A DNA stretch of 64,000 bases, from assembly GCA_964016885.1 (NCBI GenBank), contig OZ024745.1:120404001-120468000 (forward strand). The letters run 5' to 3'. The position numbers and the translations under genes are program-made. This stretch comes from Eledone cirrhosa (Eukaryota). Below the pieces are notes generated by a model. That model searched no databases, was not told the DNA's origin, and saw only the letters and a list, made by a program, of their open reading frames with translations. Positions 33,267 to 47,060 of this stretch are shown piece by piece. Numbering within the stretch: position 1 is the first letter of the stretch; every line of letters starts with the position of its first letter.

Positions 33267-36200
33267 GTTTCAAACGGGGAATAAGACTTTAGTCATTGGC
33301 CACAAGAAAGGACTCCCCATAATATTTGGGCCTTTTGGCCCAAATATTTAACCTTTGTGTGTTTAAAAGAAAGTTTGTATCGAAAAAAAACATGGCAGAG
33401 CCACACCCCCCAACGTTTGACTCACTGTCTCGCAACAGCGAGTCAAACGTTGAGGCTAATAACGCTGCCCCTTCCGCAACAATTTTTAAATGTAACAACA
33501 CATCAGGTAATATCTCAACACCAGCACCAACAACAGTGAGAACAAAAATGACAACAGCAGCAACAGCGACATTACCAAAAAACAGTAAAAAAAACAGTCG
33601 TGAACAACAACGACAGCAAAACCAACAACTGCAATAATGACAACAACACCAACAACAGAAAGAACGACAACAAAGACAATAATATCAACAACAGTGACAA
33701 CCACAACAACAGCAACAACAATAACGACAATAGCAGCAGCAACAATATCAATGAAAACAACAACAATGACATCCATACCAGTAACAACGATCCCAACACC
33801 AACAACAACAAGACCAGTAGCAGCAGTAGCGGCAGCAATAATGGTGCCGCTGAAAAAAGGGCCACTTCTTTCGTAGGTGTGGCCCGAAATATAGAAACAG
33901 TTAGTCACGGAGTCGCAAGGGCCATGGTGACGAGAAATAACAATAGAGTCTCCCTGAAACCTCCACTCGATTTTTTTAAGGACCAGCAGCTACGGACGGT
34001 GACTTACCGCACTGTAAACAATATGTCACATCGGGTGGAGAGATCCACAGAAGCTCAAATCCAAAAGGCCTTGGGGTGCGTCAGGGCGCGCAAAACCCAC
34101 ATCACCCGAGGCAAAAAGTATGCCACAGTAGACGTACTTTTGGTGAGGAATAGGTATGCAAATGCTAATACAAACTGACCAGGAATGCATCGAGGCCATC
34201 CCAGATATCATAGACCTCGAGGAAGGATTCAACTCGCAGAAGACAGCCAAGAAGAGGGCCCCCTTCCTTCCGACGCCTGATCCGCTGATACCAAGTGCAG
34301 GGCATGCAGCAGAGGCAGAATAACCTTCCATTGTGAGTAGGAGGGCAACGTCCGTGGCACCCATACCAAGGCCACGGACAACTAAAACAGCGGCAGTAGT
34401 GGCGGCAACACCACCAGTCACAGTAGCTACACCGGCGGCAAAATCGCCGGAGCGGGCTCCACTACCTCCACCAACAGCAGTGGAGCTCATACCCCTCCCA
34501 GACGTCACGGAATCCGACATGGAGTATGAGGCGGGAGGGGAGTGGCAAACGGTCTGCCACAAAAACAAAACAAAAGAAAAAAACCTTAGCTTCACCCTCC
34601 AAAAGCGAAGGCAAACAAAGGGGTAAAGGCTGCAAGGAGACTTGCAGCAACACCACCACCAGCATCACCGCCAACAACAACCACACCACCACCAACATCA
34701 CCAAAAACATCAACATCGCAAACACAACAAAGCACACACACCCAACAGCAACAGCAAGAAAACAGCAACAAAACCACCCCTCCCCAAAAAAAGTACACAG
34801 CCATAAACATGGCAAATAAAGAACTCGTACAACGTATAAAGCAGTACACAGACATCACAGCCAAAAATTACTACACCCCACCAACACCAAGAATTGAAAT
34901 CAAAATAGAACATTATAAACTTTTAAAAGAAAAATTCCCAAACGCAGTTGGAGACTTCAGAGGGTCGGTTACCAAGAGGATATACACCGACATCATCTTG
35001 GAAACACCCATGACCAGCCAAAGGGACAGTTCGACTGTCCCTTTCCCACACAATCAGGGTAGGTGATCCTTTCTCACTTACTCCATTCCTCACCCAACAT
35101 GGCCTTACTTAGAATAGGCAGTATAAATGTACGTGGCCTGGGGTCATCTTGGAAGCAGGGCCATCTGCTTAACGATCTCATGTCACTAAACATAGATGTG
35201 GTGGCCATCAGCGAGACCAGAATTTCCGAAGCACGAGCCTTCGCACCGATCTTCGGCGGCTACGATGTATAAGTATCTCCCAGCCGTCCAGGATCGGGCA
35301 GAGGAGTTGCTGTGCTTTTTCGGAGAGGCTTGGATCTCGCGATACGGGCCATTTTCCTGGACCCAGAAGGTAAGTCGGTGGAGCTGGACGTGACCGGCAG
35401 CGAAGGCAATGCTATCAGGCTAGTAGCCATCTACACCCCAACAGGGGCAGGACGGCCAGATTTCTTCAGAGGTCTAGAGACCTTTATTGGAACGTCCCGC
35501 TCTTTAGTGTTAGTGGGCGACTGGAACGGTATCTTAGATGAACGTTGGGATTATGTGGGGCTAGTAGACAGGGTTGGCGGGTGTAAAAGCCTCAACAACC
35601 TGCTCAGACGTTTTGAACTATCTGACAAGTATAGACTGGATTATCCGATGTGGATATGGGCAAACCGCATCGGGTCATCCAGATCGTATTTAGATAGGGT
35701 ATTCTGTAGAGAAACGATAAGGCTAGTGTAAATTGTCCACAATCTAAAGTAGTCGACTACACGGAACACAAATTTGTGATCTGTGAAGTTGACTTAGATA
35801 GACTCCATAGGCAAGGGCCCGGCTACTGGAAGCTGAAAGCGTCGTTCCCGGCTCGCAAAGCTTACAGAGACCGGATTAGCGAATTAGTTAAGCGTGCGTT
35901 GATGGGTGCGATCGTCAACAACAGGTGGTGGTTTACCCTGAAAAGGGCTATTAGAGTAGAATCGATAAGGTTTAGTAAAGGAGTAATGATAGAGGAAAAT
36001 AGAGTAGAGGGAGAGTTAGTTAGAAAGCTAGAAGAGGCGTTCAGGACAGGCATCGCAATCGACGTGCTTGCGGCGAGATTGGCACTCGACCAATTCTTCA
36101 ACGCAAAACATGAAGGCTGCGTTGTCAGAGCTAGAGCACGTGCTCTAAGACACGAGGGGACGAAAGCCGTTCAAAGGGGTCGGGTGGTGGTGGTGGCGCG

Positions 36201-38828
36201 ACGTGGCAACAAGTCCACAATTCGGTCTTTTCCTGAACAAAACCGGCGCATGTTGCTCGAACCCGAGCGGATGTGTGCGGCTTTTCAACAGTACTTTGCT
36301 GAATTGTTCGGGAGCGGCGGCGGGCCGGATCGGAGGATTGACTTCGGTGCATACCTCGACGGACTGCCGCCTCTCTCGATGACCGCAGCGCAGTGCTGCG
36401 AAAAGCCGATAACAGCAGGTGAAATACGGGAAGCGATGGCTGACTGCACGAGGGGTAAATCGCCAGGTTTGGATGGTCTGCCCTATGAGCTTTATGCGTA
36501 TATGCCAGACTTGTCCGGCGACCTCTTGGCAGATGTCTACTACAACTGGCAGCAGAACGGGAGCATTCCCAGTTTTGTGAGCCGGGGAGCGGTGGCGCTG
36601 CTGAGAAAAGACCCGAACAAGGGGGGGGGGGGGGGGGGGGCGTTATAGACAACTTCAGGCCCATAACTCTGCTAAACGTAGAGTTTAAGATTTTGGCCAA
36701 TGTGTTAGCAAAGATATTGGCGCTTGTCGTCGGTGATCTGGTGAGAGAGGCGGAGACATGCGCCATTCCAGACAGATCCATCCACGACAACCTCCATCAT
36801 AGATACATCATAGAGAGGGTGGTTAAGGAACCTGGCACGGGTGGGCCCTTATCAACTTGGATCAATCTAAAGCATTTGATAGGGTCGACCATCGGTACCT
36901 GGCTGCATACCTTGAGGCGGCCGGCTTCGGGCCTATTTTTAGGGGCTGGATCGCTGCGATGTACAGCGACATCTGCTCGATCGTGAGGGTGAATGGTCAC
37001 CTGTTGCAGCCTTTCAGCATCATCGGTCCGCCAGGGTTTCCCCCTCTCGTCCTTCTTGTACGTACTGGCCCTCGAGCCGTTACTGCACAAATTGGAGACG
37101 ATGAGAGAGTTCCCACGCGAACTGGGATGCGGGAGATCCGTGTAAGCTTACGCCGATGACGTCACCGTGGTGGTGTCGAGCACCAAACACGTCCAGATGC
37201 TCGGCACCGCTCTCAAGGAATACGAAGCAGTGACAGAAGCAAAGATAAACCAGGAAAAGTCGGTGGGCTTGCAACTCGGCACCTGGAGAGGCAATTCCAT
37301 GCCGTCCGACAGCGTCGTGGGGCGCTGGACGGAAGGACTGGTTAAATTGCTCGGGGTGTGGTTTTGTCCGGACCACCAGATGGAGAAAAACTGGAGCGAG
37401 GTGACGAGCAGGGTAGCCTCTCTCATCCACAAATGGCCCGAGAGGAGGCTGTCTCTCTGAAAGCTCGGGGGTAGGTGGCGAATGCGTACATCGCGACCGT
37501 CATCTGCTACCGCCTCACCGTCGTACCTTGCCCCCGCCCAACTCTGACCAAAATGGAGCGCCTTCTCTTCCGCTTTTTGTGGAAGGGGCGTTCTCCCATG
37601 ATATGACGATCCATTTGCTGTCAACACCCATTGCGTGGAGGGCTAGGCATGCCGTGGCTGATGATGCGCAAACATGCGCTGAACTGTGACATATCTGGTG
37701 CTTCCTTGACGGTGAACAGGTGTGGTCGCCGTTTGCCAGACGCGCTTTTCCCCATCTGGTCTCCTTGACGGAGCTGCAGTCCTGGGTCAAGAAAATACCG
37801 AGGGATAGCGCTTGGAAGCTTGAATGTCTGCAAGTGCTCACCGCCCTCTACCAGCTGGGAACGAGTATCGGTGTAACATCCACCTCGGCGTTCTATAGAG
37901 GGCTAGTGGGAGGAAAGAGCGACGACGTTCTCGGGGAGACCCTGGGCGTCGAAGACGATCAGCTGTTCGCTCTCTTCAAGAGAACTTTCAGACCGGGGCC
38001 TATGGACAACTTCCAGAAATCCCTGGCCTGGCAGTGCGACCAAGGAGCGTTGCCAGTTCGGGATAAGCTCTACAGGCACGGAGGTGCTGTCAGCCGAGCC
38101 TGTCCGAGATGGGCGCAGGACAACAAAACCGTCCTGCACGCATTCGTTCAGTGCCCGAGCATTGCTGACTTGTGGAGCTATGTCGAACAGCTGCTGTCGC
38201 GTGTAGGACGGATCCGATTTTCGACTGAGTCCATTGTGAAGATAGCCCCGCCATCCTACTTTAAAGAGGAGAAAGGGCAGGCGGTTTTCATCTGCCTGGT
38301 GGCTATGGCGAAAGAGATTGTGTGGTGGACAAGGTTGAAAGGGTTAAAGACAGATACTTTCCTCTTCGGCGAATCCCTAATTAACTTTTTCAAGTTTCAC
38401 TTGAAGAGGAAAATTAGGGTGGAGAGCCAAGTGCTGCCTTCTAGCAAGTTTGTTGAAAGGTGGGTGAATGTAGCGAGAATCGTCCGAGTGAACGGGACCG
38501 CTCTGAATATACGCTTGTAGTTTGAGAAATGGAAAAATTGAGAGAGGGCACTTGCCCTGGTGGTCAGCGTGGCCGTGGTCTTTTGTGTGGTTTTCGCCAC
38601 GAGTAACCCTCGGAGGTTTCCCCCCGATTGGGGAATTTTTCATTGTTTCAATTTTCATTTTTATTGTTTATATATATATATATGTTTCTATGTCTTTTTT
38701 TCTTTTTTATATAAATAATAAAAATCTTTACACGCACAAAACCCACATCGTACCGTCCTGTGCCGTCTGTAATGTTTTTCTTGATGTCAGCCCTAGTGGC
38801 CAATAAAGAAATCATTATTATTATTATT
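33267..38828 (+). mobile_element. Near-full-length Tx1/L1-clade LINE (ORF1 + APE-RT ORF2), inactivated
   Basis: Low-complexity ORF1 from ATG ~33392. ORF2 from ~35099: GSINVRGL, ISET, LVGDWN, SYLDRVF, GPGYWKL, KSPGLDGLPYELY, KAFDRVDH, AYADDVTVVV, CPRW..TVLHAFVQC, stop at 38520. AATAAA then (ATT)5. Several stops and frameshifts. Confidence 0.93.
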
Positions 38829-41800
38829 GTTCTTTGAGTCTCAGTCATTGATGTTATTTAACTGGAAAGTTTGTTGAAATGAATATCAAGCCACTACCTG
38901 TAGCCTCAGATATTCAGGACGTATCGGAGTGTTCTTGCTGTTCTGTTCCCAGCAAGCATGCCTTTTGAAGTGTTCCAAAAAGCGAGGCTGGACTAATCTT
39001 CTTTAACCATCCTTGGAAACTCTTTGAGATAGTACCTAGTGCGCCTATGACAATCGGGACGACCTTGACTTCATGGCAGTTCCAAATCCTTTTTAATTCC
39101 CACTTTAAGTCCCGATATCGGTTAATTTTCTCCGTCTCCTTTTCTTGCACTCTCGTGTCAAATGGGCAGGCTACATCTACAATCAGGCATGATCTTTTTT
39201 CCTTGTCCAAAACCACCAGGTCAGGCCTATTGTGTTCCAGTTTCTTATCCGTCTGTATCCTAAAATCCCACAGCACCTTCACCTGGTCGTTTTCTATCAC
39301 CGACTCTGGCTTATGCTCATACCACTTCTCGGAATGTGGTAAATTGTTTACTTTGCATAGGTGCCAGTGGATCACCCTGCCTATCACATCATGTTTCCAG
39401 CCTTTATAGTGAGTCCGGGCTAGGTGTTTACACTCGGATACAATGTGAGCCACAGTCTCTTCTCTCTCTCTCCACAGATCCTACACAGTGGGCTAGCCTC
39501 CTCCTTGTAAATATGGTGTTTCACCCACTTCGTTCTGAGGGCCTGCTCTTGCGCAGCCATTAGCATTCCTTCTGCAGCCTTTTTAAGGACTCTTTTTAAC
39601 CAGTTCAATGTCTGTGGATCTCTAAATTCAGTTTTCTTAAAGAAGGGACTATGAAGAGATATTTCATGAAGGTTGCTCTTCCTCCTTGTTGTTATTTCCT
39701 TGGACATCCCCTGGTCTATTGTCCTCTCCTTCAGTACAATTTTGAGCTTTGGCTCCCTACTGTCAGTCACGTATTTGTGCAGGTTGTTTTTCTCAATCTG
39801 AACACAGTTCTCTATGATGATAATACCTCTTCCACCTTCAGATCTCTTTAAGTAGAGTCTATCGACATCACTCCTCTTATGGAACATGTTGTAGATAGTC
39901 AATAGCTTCCTAGTCTTCCTATCCATTTATTTTTGTTCAGCAACATTCCATTTCAGAATTCCTGCACTGTACCTAATAATAGACACAGCTCGGGAATTCA
40001 CTGCACTTATGACATTCCTACTAATTAGATGTGAATTTAATATGCTCCTTACTCTCCTAATGTACTCAGATCTTATCAATTCCTTCATTTTTTTGTTCTT
40101 GGTGTCATCTGTCACCAGAACACCTAAATATTTGTATCTTTCTTCGGTGTCAATTTCCTTTATCATCTCACCTGTTGGTACCTGGATTCCGTTGCTTCTG
40201 CTCAATTTACCCCCTCTTCATCACTAGGACTTCACACTTATTAATACCAAATTCCATACATATATCATTGCTGAAAATACGGACAGTGTCAACAAGTACA
40301 TCCAACTCCTTCTCACTCTTCCCAAACAGTTTAATATCGTCCATGAAGAGGAGGTGGTTGATGGTAAGCTCTCCTTTTCCCAACTTGTATCCTGCTCTCA
40401 CTTTTCGCAATATAATGGTCAGGGGTATCAGTGTAAGGACAAACAGCAGAGGGGACAAACTATCTCCCTGGAAGATACCTCTCTTGATCTTCACGCCTCC
40501 CAAGGATTCTCCAGCCGATGTTAACTCTGTTTCCCAGGACTTCATATTTTGCTCAACAACTGTCTGATGTTATCTGCCACCTTGAAAATCTCTAGGCTTT
40601 TGGTTATCCAAGAATGAGGTACCATGTCGAATGCCTTTTTGTAATCTATCCATCCCATGGCAAGACCAGTGTGTCTCCTCTTGCAATTCCTCATTACCAT
40701 CTTATCAATAAGTAACTGGTCTTTTGTACCACGGGACTTCTTTCGGCATCCTTTCTGTTCGTCCGGTAACAAGTTGTTTATGTGGAGGTGATTGTAGATT
40801 TCCCCAGACACAATGCTTGTTAACAGTTTCCACATTACGGACAGACATATGATAGGTCTATAGTTGGTAACATCATTACCCTTGATTCGGTCTTTCATTA
40901 CCAGAACTGTGGTACCTTTTGTCAACCACTCTGGTACCTCACCCGACATCAAGCAGTCATTGAACATGGTTGTCAGTTTCGGATGGAGGGATGTTATATT
41001 TTTAATCCAATACCCCTGCACACCATCTGGGCCTGGTGATTTCCAGTTGGTTAGTTTTTTGGCCTGCCCTTTAAGAGTTTCAACTGTGATACTCAAATCA
41101 GTTTGTTGGTGTGCTTGTTCACTAATCTCCTTTTGAACTGTCTCAATCCGCACTGCCTGACCATTATGTTCAACATCCTGCTCCCATATTCCTCTCCAGA
41201 ATGTCTTAGTTTGTTCCGCCTCAGGGATCAAGTCGTTGCCTCTTTCTTTCCCTTCAAGCTGTCCAAACAACATCTGGTTGTTGTCAAACATGCGGTTCTG
41301 TCTATACTAACTGACTCTGCTCTCATACGCCTAATCTTTGCATTTTTTGCTACAATGCGTTGCTTCAGTTCCTCTATGATAATATTTAGCTTTTTCCCCC
41401 TAGTTTTGTACTTTATTTGCAATCTATTTTTAGTGTCTATGTTTTGTTATGTCCCATTCAGTAGGGACTCAAGCTTTCCAATGTCATTTCTCATTTCCTT
41501 GATTTGACCATTCAGTCGTTTCTTCCACCAAGATTCTGATCTTTCTTGTTTGTTGTTTCCTCTCGTTTTTATGCCAAGTAATTTCCTCACCGCATTTGCT
41601 GTTGCTTTGAGGATATTGTTGCATTGGTGGAGGTTCCTCGCCTCAAGGTATGGGATGACTTTGTTTACCTTAGTTGTTGTTTCTTTCAACTTTTTCCTGT
41701 CTACAAATCTTAGATTCATAGGTTTTCCACTATCATTGTTCATTTCATCTACCACTAAGTTCAGGATATCAACAAAATCTTGTTCTAGCCCGTCAGCATT

Positions 41801-42440
41801 CATTTCCTCAATGGCCGTATCTTTGATCCAGATGTTATTTATTTCAGCATTCAGATCATTGTCTGCTTCGGGTGCTTCCTCGGGTCTCTCAACCCCTTCA
41901 TCTTCATTTCCCACTGGTTCGTTTGCCTGACATACTCCACTCTCCATTTCCAACTTAATCTCTCTGCTCAGTTCCGCCAGTTCCAACTCGCTTATCCATC
42001 GATCAGTTCTTATTACTCGGGCCTGCCCGGCCAATTTTTGTTCATCTAATTTAAATAGACCAATCACGTTCCAGATGTTATGTATCCGTTTCCTATAGCC
42101 TTTTTCCATGGGGTTACTCTTCAGGTAACATTCCATGACAGTTCTATTCAATTCTTTCGTCCAGTTGGTTCTTGTCCCTTTCCTTCTTCTTCCTCCAACA
42201 CTAGCAGTATTTGGATGACAGCCAGGTCCCTGCTGCTGGGCCACGGAGCACTTGCTGGGTGAGAGTCTTTCACATGACGTTCCAGTCTCCTCTTCACCGT
42301 TATTCGAACTGTTTAGGTTCGACATTTAAACACTCATATCGAGGATTGGTGAATGTATGGTTACATAACCACCGGTGATTTCATCACCCCCAGTGATTTC
42401 ATCACCCCCGGTGATTTTAGCCTGGCACCATCATGCTGTA
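38829..42440 (-). mobile_element. Near-full-length R4/Dong-clade LINE (RT + restriction-like endonuclease), inactivated
   Basis: NWKSPGPDGVQGYWIK, WIDYKKAFDMVPHSW, GIFQGDSLSPLLF, HLLFMDDIKLF, CRICG..HIVSEC, RPDLVV..VDVACP..EKINRY, VVPIVIGALG. Single ORF broken into ~7 pieces, 3' end on (TAA)n. Confidence 0.93.
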
Positions 42441-43059
42441 GACGAACATAAATAAATAAACAAACAAATAGATAAAAACTTTAAAAAATAAACATAAGTT
42501 TCATTGTAATGTTTGAATGTCTGACTTAGTTTTTTTGTTTTGTTTTTTTTCCCTTTTTGTTTTTCAAGGCCAGTAACATCGGTTACTAGTGTTGTTGCTG
42601 CTGCTGCTGCTATTTTTGATTTTAGCTACTATTATTATTATTATTATTATTATTATTGCGTCAGACAAACTCGTAGCAATATTTTCTGGGGCACTTTACG
42701 TTCGGAGTTTCAGGACCTTTCCCCAAAATGGTTGGCCTTGTGCCTAAATCAAAAACTATAATTATTGAGTCGTAGTAATATTTTCTCGGATCCTTCACGT
42801 TCTGAGTTGAAATCCCGCCGAGGTTAGTTTTGCCTTTCATCCTTATGGGGGTGAACAAAATAAAGTACCAGTAACGCACTGAGGTCTATTTAATTGACTT
42901 TTCCCTTACTTTCAAATTACTGGCTTTATACCAAAAGTAAAAAGTAATTATCATTCCTTGTTTGTCATCGACGTGTTCGAAGACTACTCCGTAAATCTTA
43001 TTGTTTTTCATTTTCAAGTCTATATATTGTGTATATTCTGTTACAAAGTATAAACATGG

Positions 43060-43455
43060 TACCATACTTTGATCTCAAAGAAAGCGACCCCATAATATTT
43101 GAGCAGTTGGCCAAAATATTTGTGATATTTTAATCACAAATTAGGCCCAAAAAAATTAAACCAAAAATTAGAGGTTACGTATTGACTCTGGAGCCACTTC
43201 TACACAACCCAGAGACGTTGAAGGACATCGAACGCGAAGTAGAATTCAGGAGATCCACGTCAGCATATGTCGACAATGTCACCGTAGAGGTGATCGGCAC
43301 TGCTCTGGTGGAATACGAAGAGGTAACAGGAAGGAAAATTAACCAGGAAAAGTCGGTAGGCCTGCAGCTTGACACCTGGAGAGACAGGTCTCTATTGTCC
43401 AGTAACATCGTCGGGCGCTGGACAGACGGGCCGGCTAAATTACTCGGAGTCTTGT
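43060..43455 (+). mobile_element. Tx1-like LINE remnant (5' end joined to an RT fragment)
   Basis: aagaaagcgaccccataatatttg resembles the 33305-33330 5' end. SAYVDNVTV..INQEKSVGLQLDTWR is homologous to 37145-37355. Confidence 0.75.
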
Positions 43456-44190
43456 TGAATGAGATGAATCATCAAGAGTCTGGAATGCCTTGGTTTTTCT
43501 CTGATGAGAAAAATTTTGATCAGGACTAAAATGTCAACCCAAGGAATTACAGATGGTTATGCAGAGACACAAAATACTTTCCAACAGTCATGCACACAGG
43601 GTTCCGACAACTGCGATTGTCTGGGAGTCGTGAGTAACAAAGGAGATGTCATGCCTCCTTACTGTTTCCTCAAGGCTTAGGATTCAATACTGCTGACAAT
43701 AATGAGGTGTTGGAGAGGGTTATGAGGTGTTGGCTAGAGAGCGGGAACAAAGAAAGACCGTACACCTACAAAAAAGAGGGTTATGAGGTGATAGAGAGCG
43801 GGAACAAAGAAAGACCGTACACCAACAAACAAGATTCAAGAAAGGATGAGTTACAATCTTCAAGATCATGCCAACCCCAACATATGGCCTCCTAGCTCTC
43901 CAAACCGGAACCCGTTGGACTACTGCGTATGTATCAACGCCCCCATAACACTATAAAATCTTTGAAGTCTGCCATAACTAACACAATATACAAAATAGAT
44001 AAAGATCTTCCTATTCGGACATGTCAACATTTCAGACTTCGTATTGAAATAGTCATCGATGCTAACGACGGATTCATTGAGTAGCTAGATGCGTGAAGAG
44101 AAGTTTCAAGATATTTCATGCAATTTGTTTTCGCAAATAAAGTTCTTTCATGATTTATACGTCTACAACTAAGTTTATGCTAATGTACTC
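43456..44190 (+). mobile_element. Tc1/mariner (maT/DD37D-like) transposase remnant
   Basis: WFFSDEKNFDQD, GVVSNKGDVMPP, KQDS, IWPPSSPNRNPLDYCV, HNTIKSLKSAI..CQHFRLRIEIVIDANDGFIE*. Internal ~57-bp duplication near 43715-43825. Confidence 0.8.
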
Positions 44191-44409
44191 AAATTTGCTG
44201 CTATTCTTGTTGTGAGCTAGCTCCCTATCGTATGTTCGTGAATTTGATTCCTGAACCTGAGTTGTGTTGTGCCCTTGAGCAAAACATTTTATTTCATGGT
44301 ATTCTAGTTCACTCAATTAGTTGCAATAGAGCGGCGATTCATTGCAGTAAAAAAAAAGCCATTAAAAAATCCTTATATTGAGGTCAACCAGCTTCATCAA
44401 TACTTCACC

Positions 44410-44600
44410 TTCCGAAGGGATTGAATGAAACACAACAGATATATATAGAGAGAGAGGGAGATGAGGGAGACCGAGGTTGGCATATGTTGATGCCCTAAAG
44501 ACAGACTCCGGTCTCTTGAAGACGCAGGAGATGGCAGCGATGATGAGGGACAGAGACCGCTGGAGAGAACTCGTCCATGGATCTCGGGAATTCTTCCCGC
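44410..44600 (+). mobile_element. LINE (RTE-like) extreme 3' fragment
   Basis: GRPRLAYVDALKTDSGL..MAAMMRDRDRWRELVH followed by (TA)n. Confidence 0.6.
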
Positions 44601-44666
<66 letters not shown>

Positions 44667-45254
44667 ACTTAAGAAAAGAGAAGACAAGGACAAGACAACG
44701 AACGAAAATAATTTTTTACTCCAGTGGAGTAAGAGGCCAAAGACAAAACATTAATTTATGGCAATTAGCCACAAGTTCACACAAAATTTTAAGTGACGTC
44801 AGGGAAAAAGTGTGGTGCTTCTTATTGCACACGAGTCTCATGAATGAAATAAAAGAAAACAAAGGAAGAAAAAAAGGCAAGAAGAAGAACGTAAGACATC
44901 GTGTTGAAAAATGTAAGCCGTGAATAATTTCATGTCTTACCTTTTCGACATTAACTTCCTTGCTGCAACACAAATAGATTAAAAACAAAACTTATAATCC
45001 AAGAACGTTGTGTTGTGACAGGTATATAGCAACAGGGGAAATTTTCTTTCTCACTTTATTATGTTTTTCTGGGTACAGAGAAATAGTGAAGTCACAATTC
45101 ATTATTTTGAAAGCTAAACCTTCTAATTCAAAAACCGTAGTTATATCTACCTTAACTTTATTCTGAACCTACATATATTCATTGAGTTCTAACATAAATA
45201 TTTATTATTTTTGCAAGGCTTTCTACTTTCCTTGTCACGCTGATCATATGTTGT

Positions 45255-46632
45255 AATAATAATTGTTTCTACTTTTGACACAAGGCCAGCAATTACCCCA
45301 GTGCATTACTGGTACTTTATTTTATCGACCATGTAAGGATGAAAGGCAAAGTCAACCTCTGCGGGATTTGAACTCAGATCGTAAAGGGACGTAACTATGC
45401 TGGAAAGCATGGCGTCCGACCCTCTACTGATACTGCCAATCCACCGCCCTTTTAATAATGGTTCCTGATTTAGGCTCAATTTGGTGGGAGGGGAAAGTCG
45501 ATTAAACTGAACCAGTCCGTGACTGATACTTTATTTTATTGACCCCGTAAGGAGGAAAGGCAAAGTTAACCTCGGCGGGATTTGAACTCAGAACGTAATG
45601 AAACGTAACTATATACCACAAAAGTGTGTCTGACGGTCTACCAGTACTGTCAAAACGTAATGAAACGTAACTATATGCCACAAAAGTGTGTCTGACGGTC
45701 TACCAGTACTGTCAAAACGTAATGAAACGTAACTATATACCACAAAAGTGTGTCTGACGGTCTACCAGTACTGTCAAAACGTAATGAAACGTAACTATAT
45801 GCCACAAAAGTGTGTCTGACGGTCTACCAGTACTGTCAAAACGTAATGAAACGTAACTATATACCACAAAAGTGTGTCTGACGGTCTACCAGTACTGTCA
45901 AAACGTAATGAAACGTAACTATATGCCACAAAAGTGTGTCTGACGGTCTACCAGTACTGTCAAAACGTAATGAAACGTAACTATATACCACAAAAGTGTG
46001 TCTGACGGTCTACCAGTACTGTCAAAACGTAATGAAACGTAACTATATGCCACAAAAGTGTGTCTGACGGTCTACCAGTACTGTCAAAACGTAATGAAAC
46101 GTAACTATATGCCACAAAAGTGTGTCTGACGGTCTACCAGTACTGTCAAAACGTAACTATATACCACAAAAGCGTGGCATCCGACGGTCTACCAGTACTG
46201 TCAAAACCACCTTTCTCTACTTTAATAAGTGTTTCTACTATAGGCACAAGGCCAGCTATTTGAAGGGGAAAGGGGAGTCGGTTAAATCGACCCAGTGCAT
46301 TACTGGTGCTTTATTTTATTGACCCTGTGAAAGGCAAAACTAACCTCGGCGGGATTTGAACACAGAACGTGAAGGCCCGTAACTCTATGCCGCAAAGCAT
46401 GGCGTCCGACTCTCTACCGATACTACCAATCCACCGCCCTTCTCTACTTTAATAATTGTTTCTACTTTTAACACAAGGCCAGCAATTATCCCAGTATATT
46501 ACTGGTGCTTTATTTTATCGACCCCGTAAGGACGAAAGGCAAAGTTAACCTCGGCGGGATTTGAACTCAGACCGTAACTCTTTGTTGTAAAGCATGGCGT
46601 CAGGCCCTCTACCGATACTGCCAATCCACCAC
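45255..46632 (-). mobile_element. Four head-to-tail Meta-domain-like SINEs
   Basis: Copies at ~45255-45450, 45453-46212, 46229-46439 (16-bp TSD 46213-46228 / 46440-46455) and 46456-46632. Confidence 0.9.
45592..46205. repeat. 62-bp minisatellite (~10 copies) amplified from a SINE head
   Basis: aaacgtaactatat[a/g]ccacaaaagtgtgtctgacggtctaccagtactgtcaaaacgtaatg at 45601, 45663, 45725... Confidence 0.97.
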
Positions 46633-47060
46633 TTTTTTGTTTTATTTCTTTTGTTTTATATCCATGTCAAAGGTAGTGGGTTAGCTAAGTCTATAAAGCA
46701 GTGGGTGAACTACTTTGCATAAATTAGATATATGCCTCTACATCCTAAGTTTAACCCCCGCAAGTATAGATTTTGCCTTTTGTCATTATGGCGTCGATAA
46801 AATAAATAGCTGGGTCAATTTAATCTATTCTGATTTCTTGAACAGTTATGACCCTGTACCTATGCTGAAAATCATATCATATACACACAAAAAGGTCTTT
46901 TCTTTTTTGTAAGCAAGCAGTGTGAATCTGTTTTTCAAGCTAACAAAAATGCTTGTAAATTGTTTAATGTTCTTCTCTAATATTTACTGAAATAATATAT
47001 TTTACATTATACTGTAATGTGTTTTTCTCTTTCGCTCTCTCTTTTTCTCTCTCTTTACAG

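Noticed and set aside
33326-35066. Asn/Thr/Gln-rich ORFs as a host low-complexity protein (also 14386-15107)
   Set aside because: They are frameshifted ORF1 pieces of the Tx1-like LINE, directly upstream of APE-RT ORF2.
44665-45035. Possible solo LTR ending in gcaaca, containing TGACGTCA
   Set aside because: No matching TG start, TSD, primer-binding site or second copy in the window.
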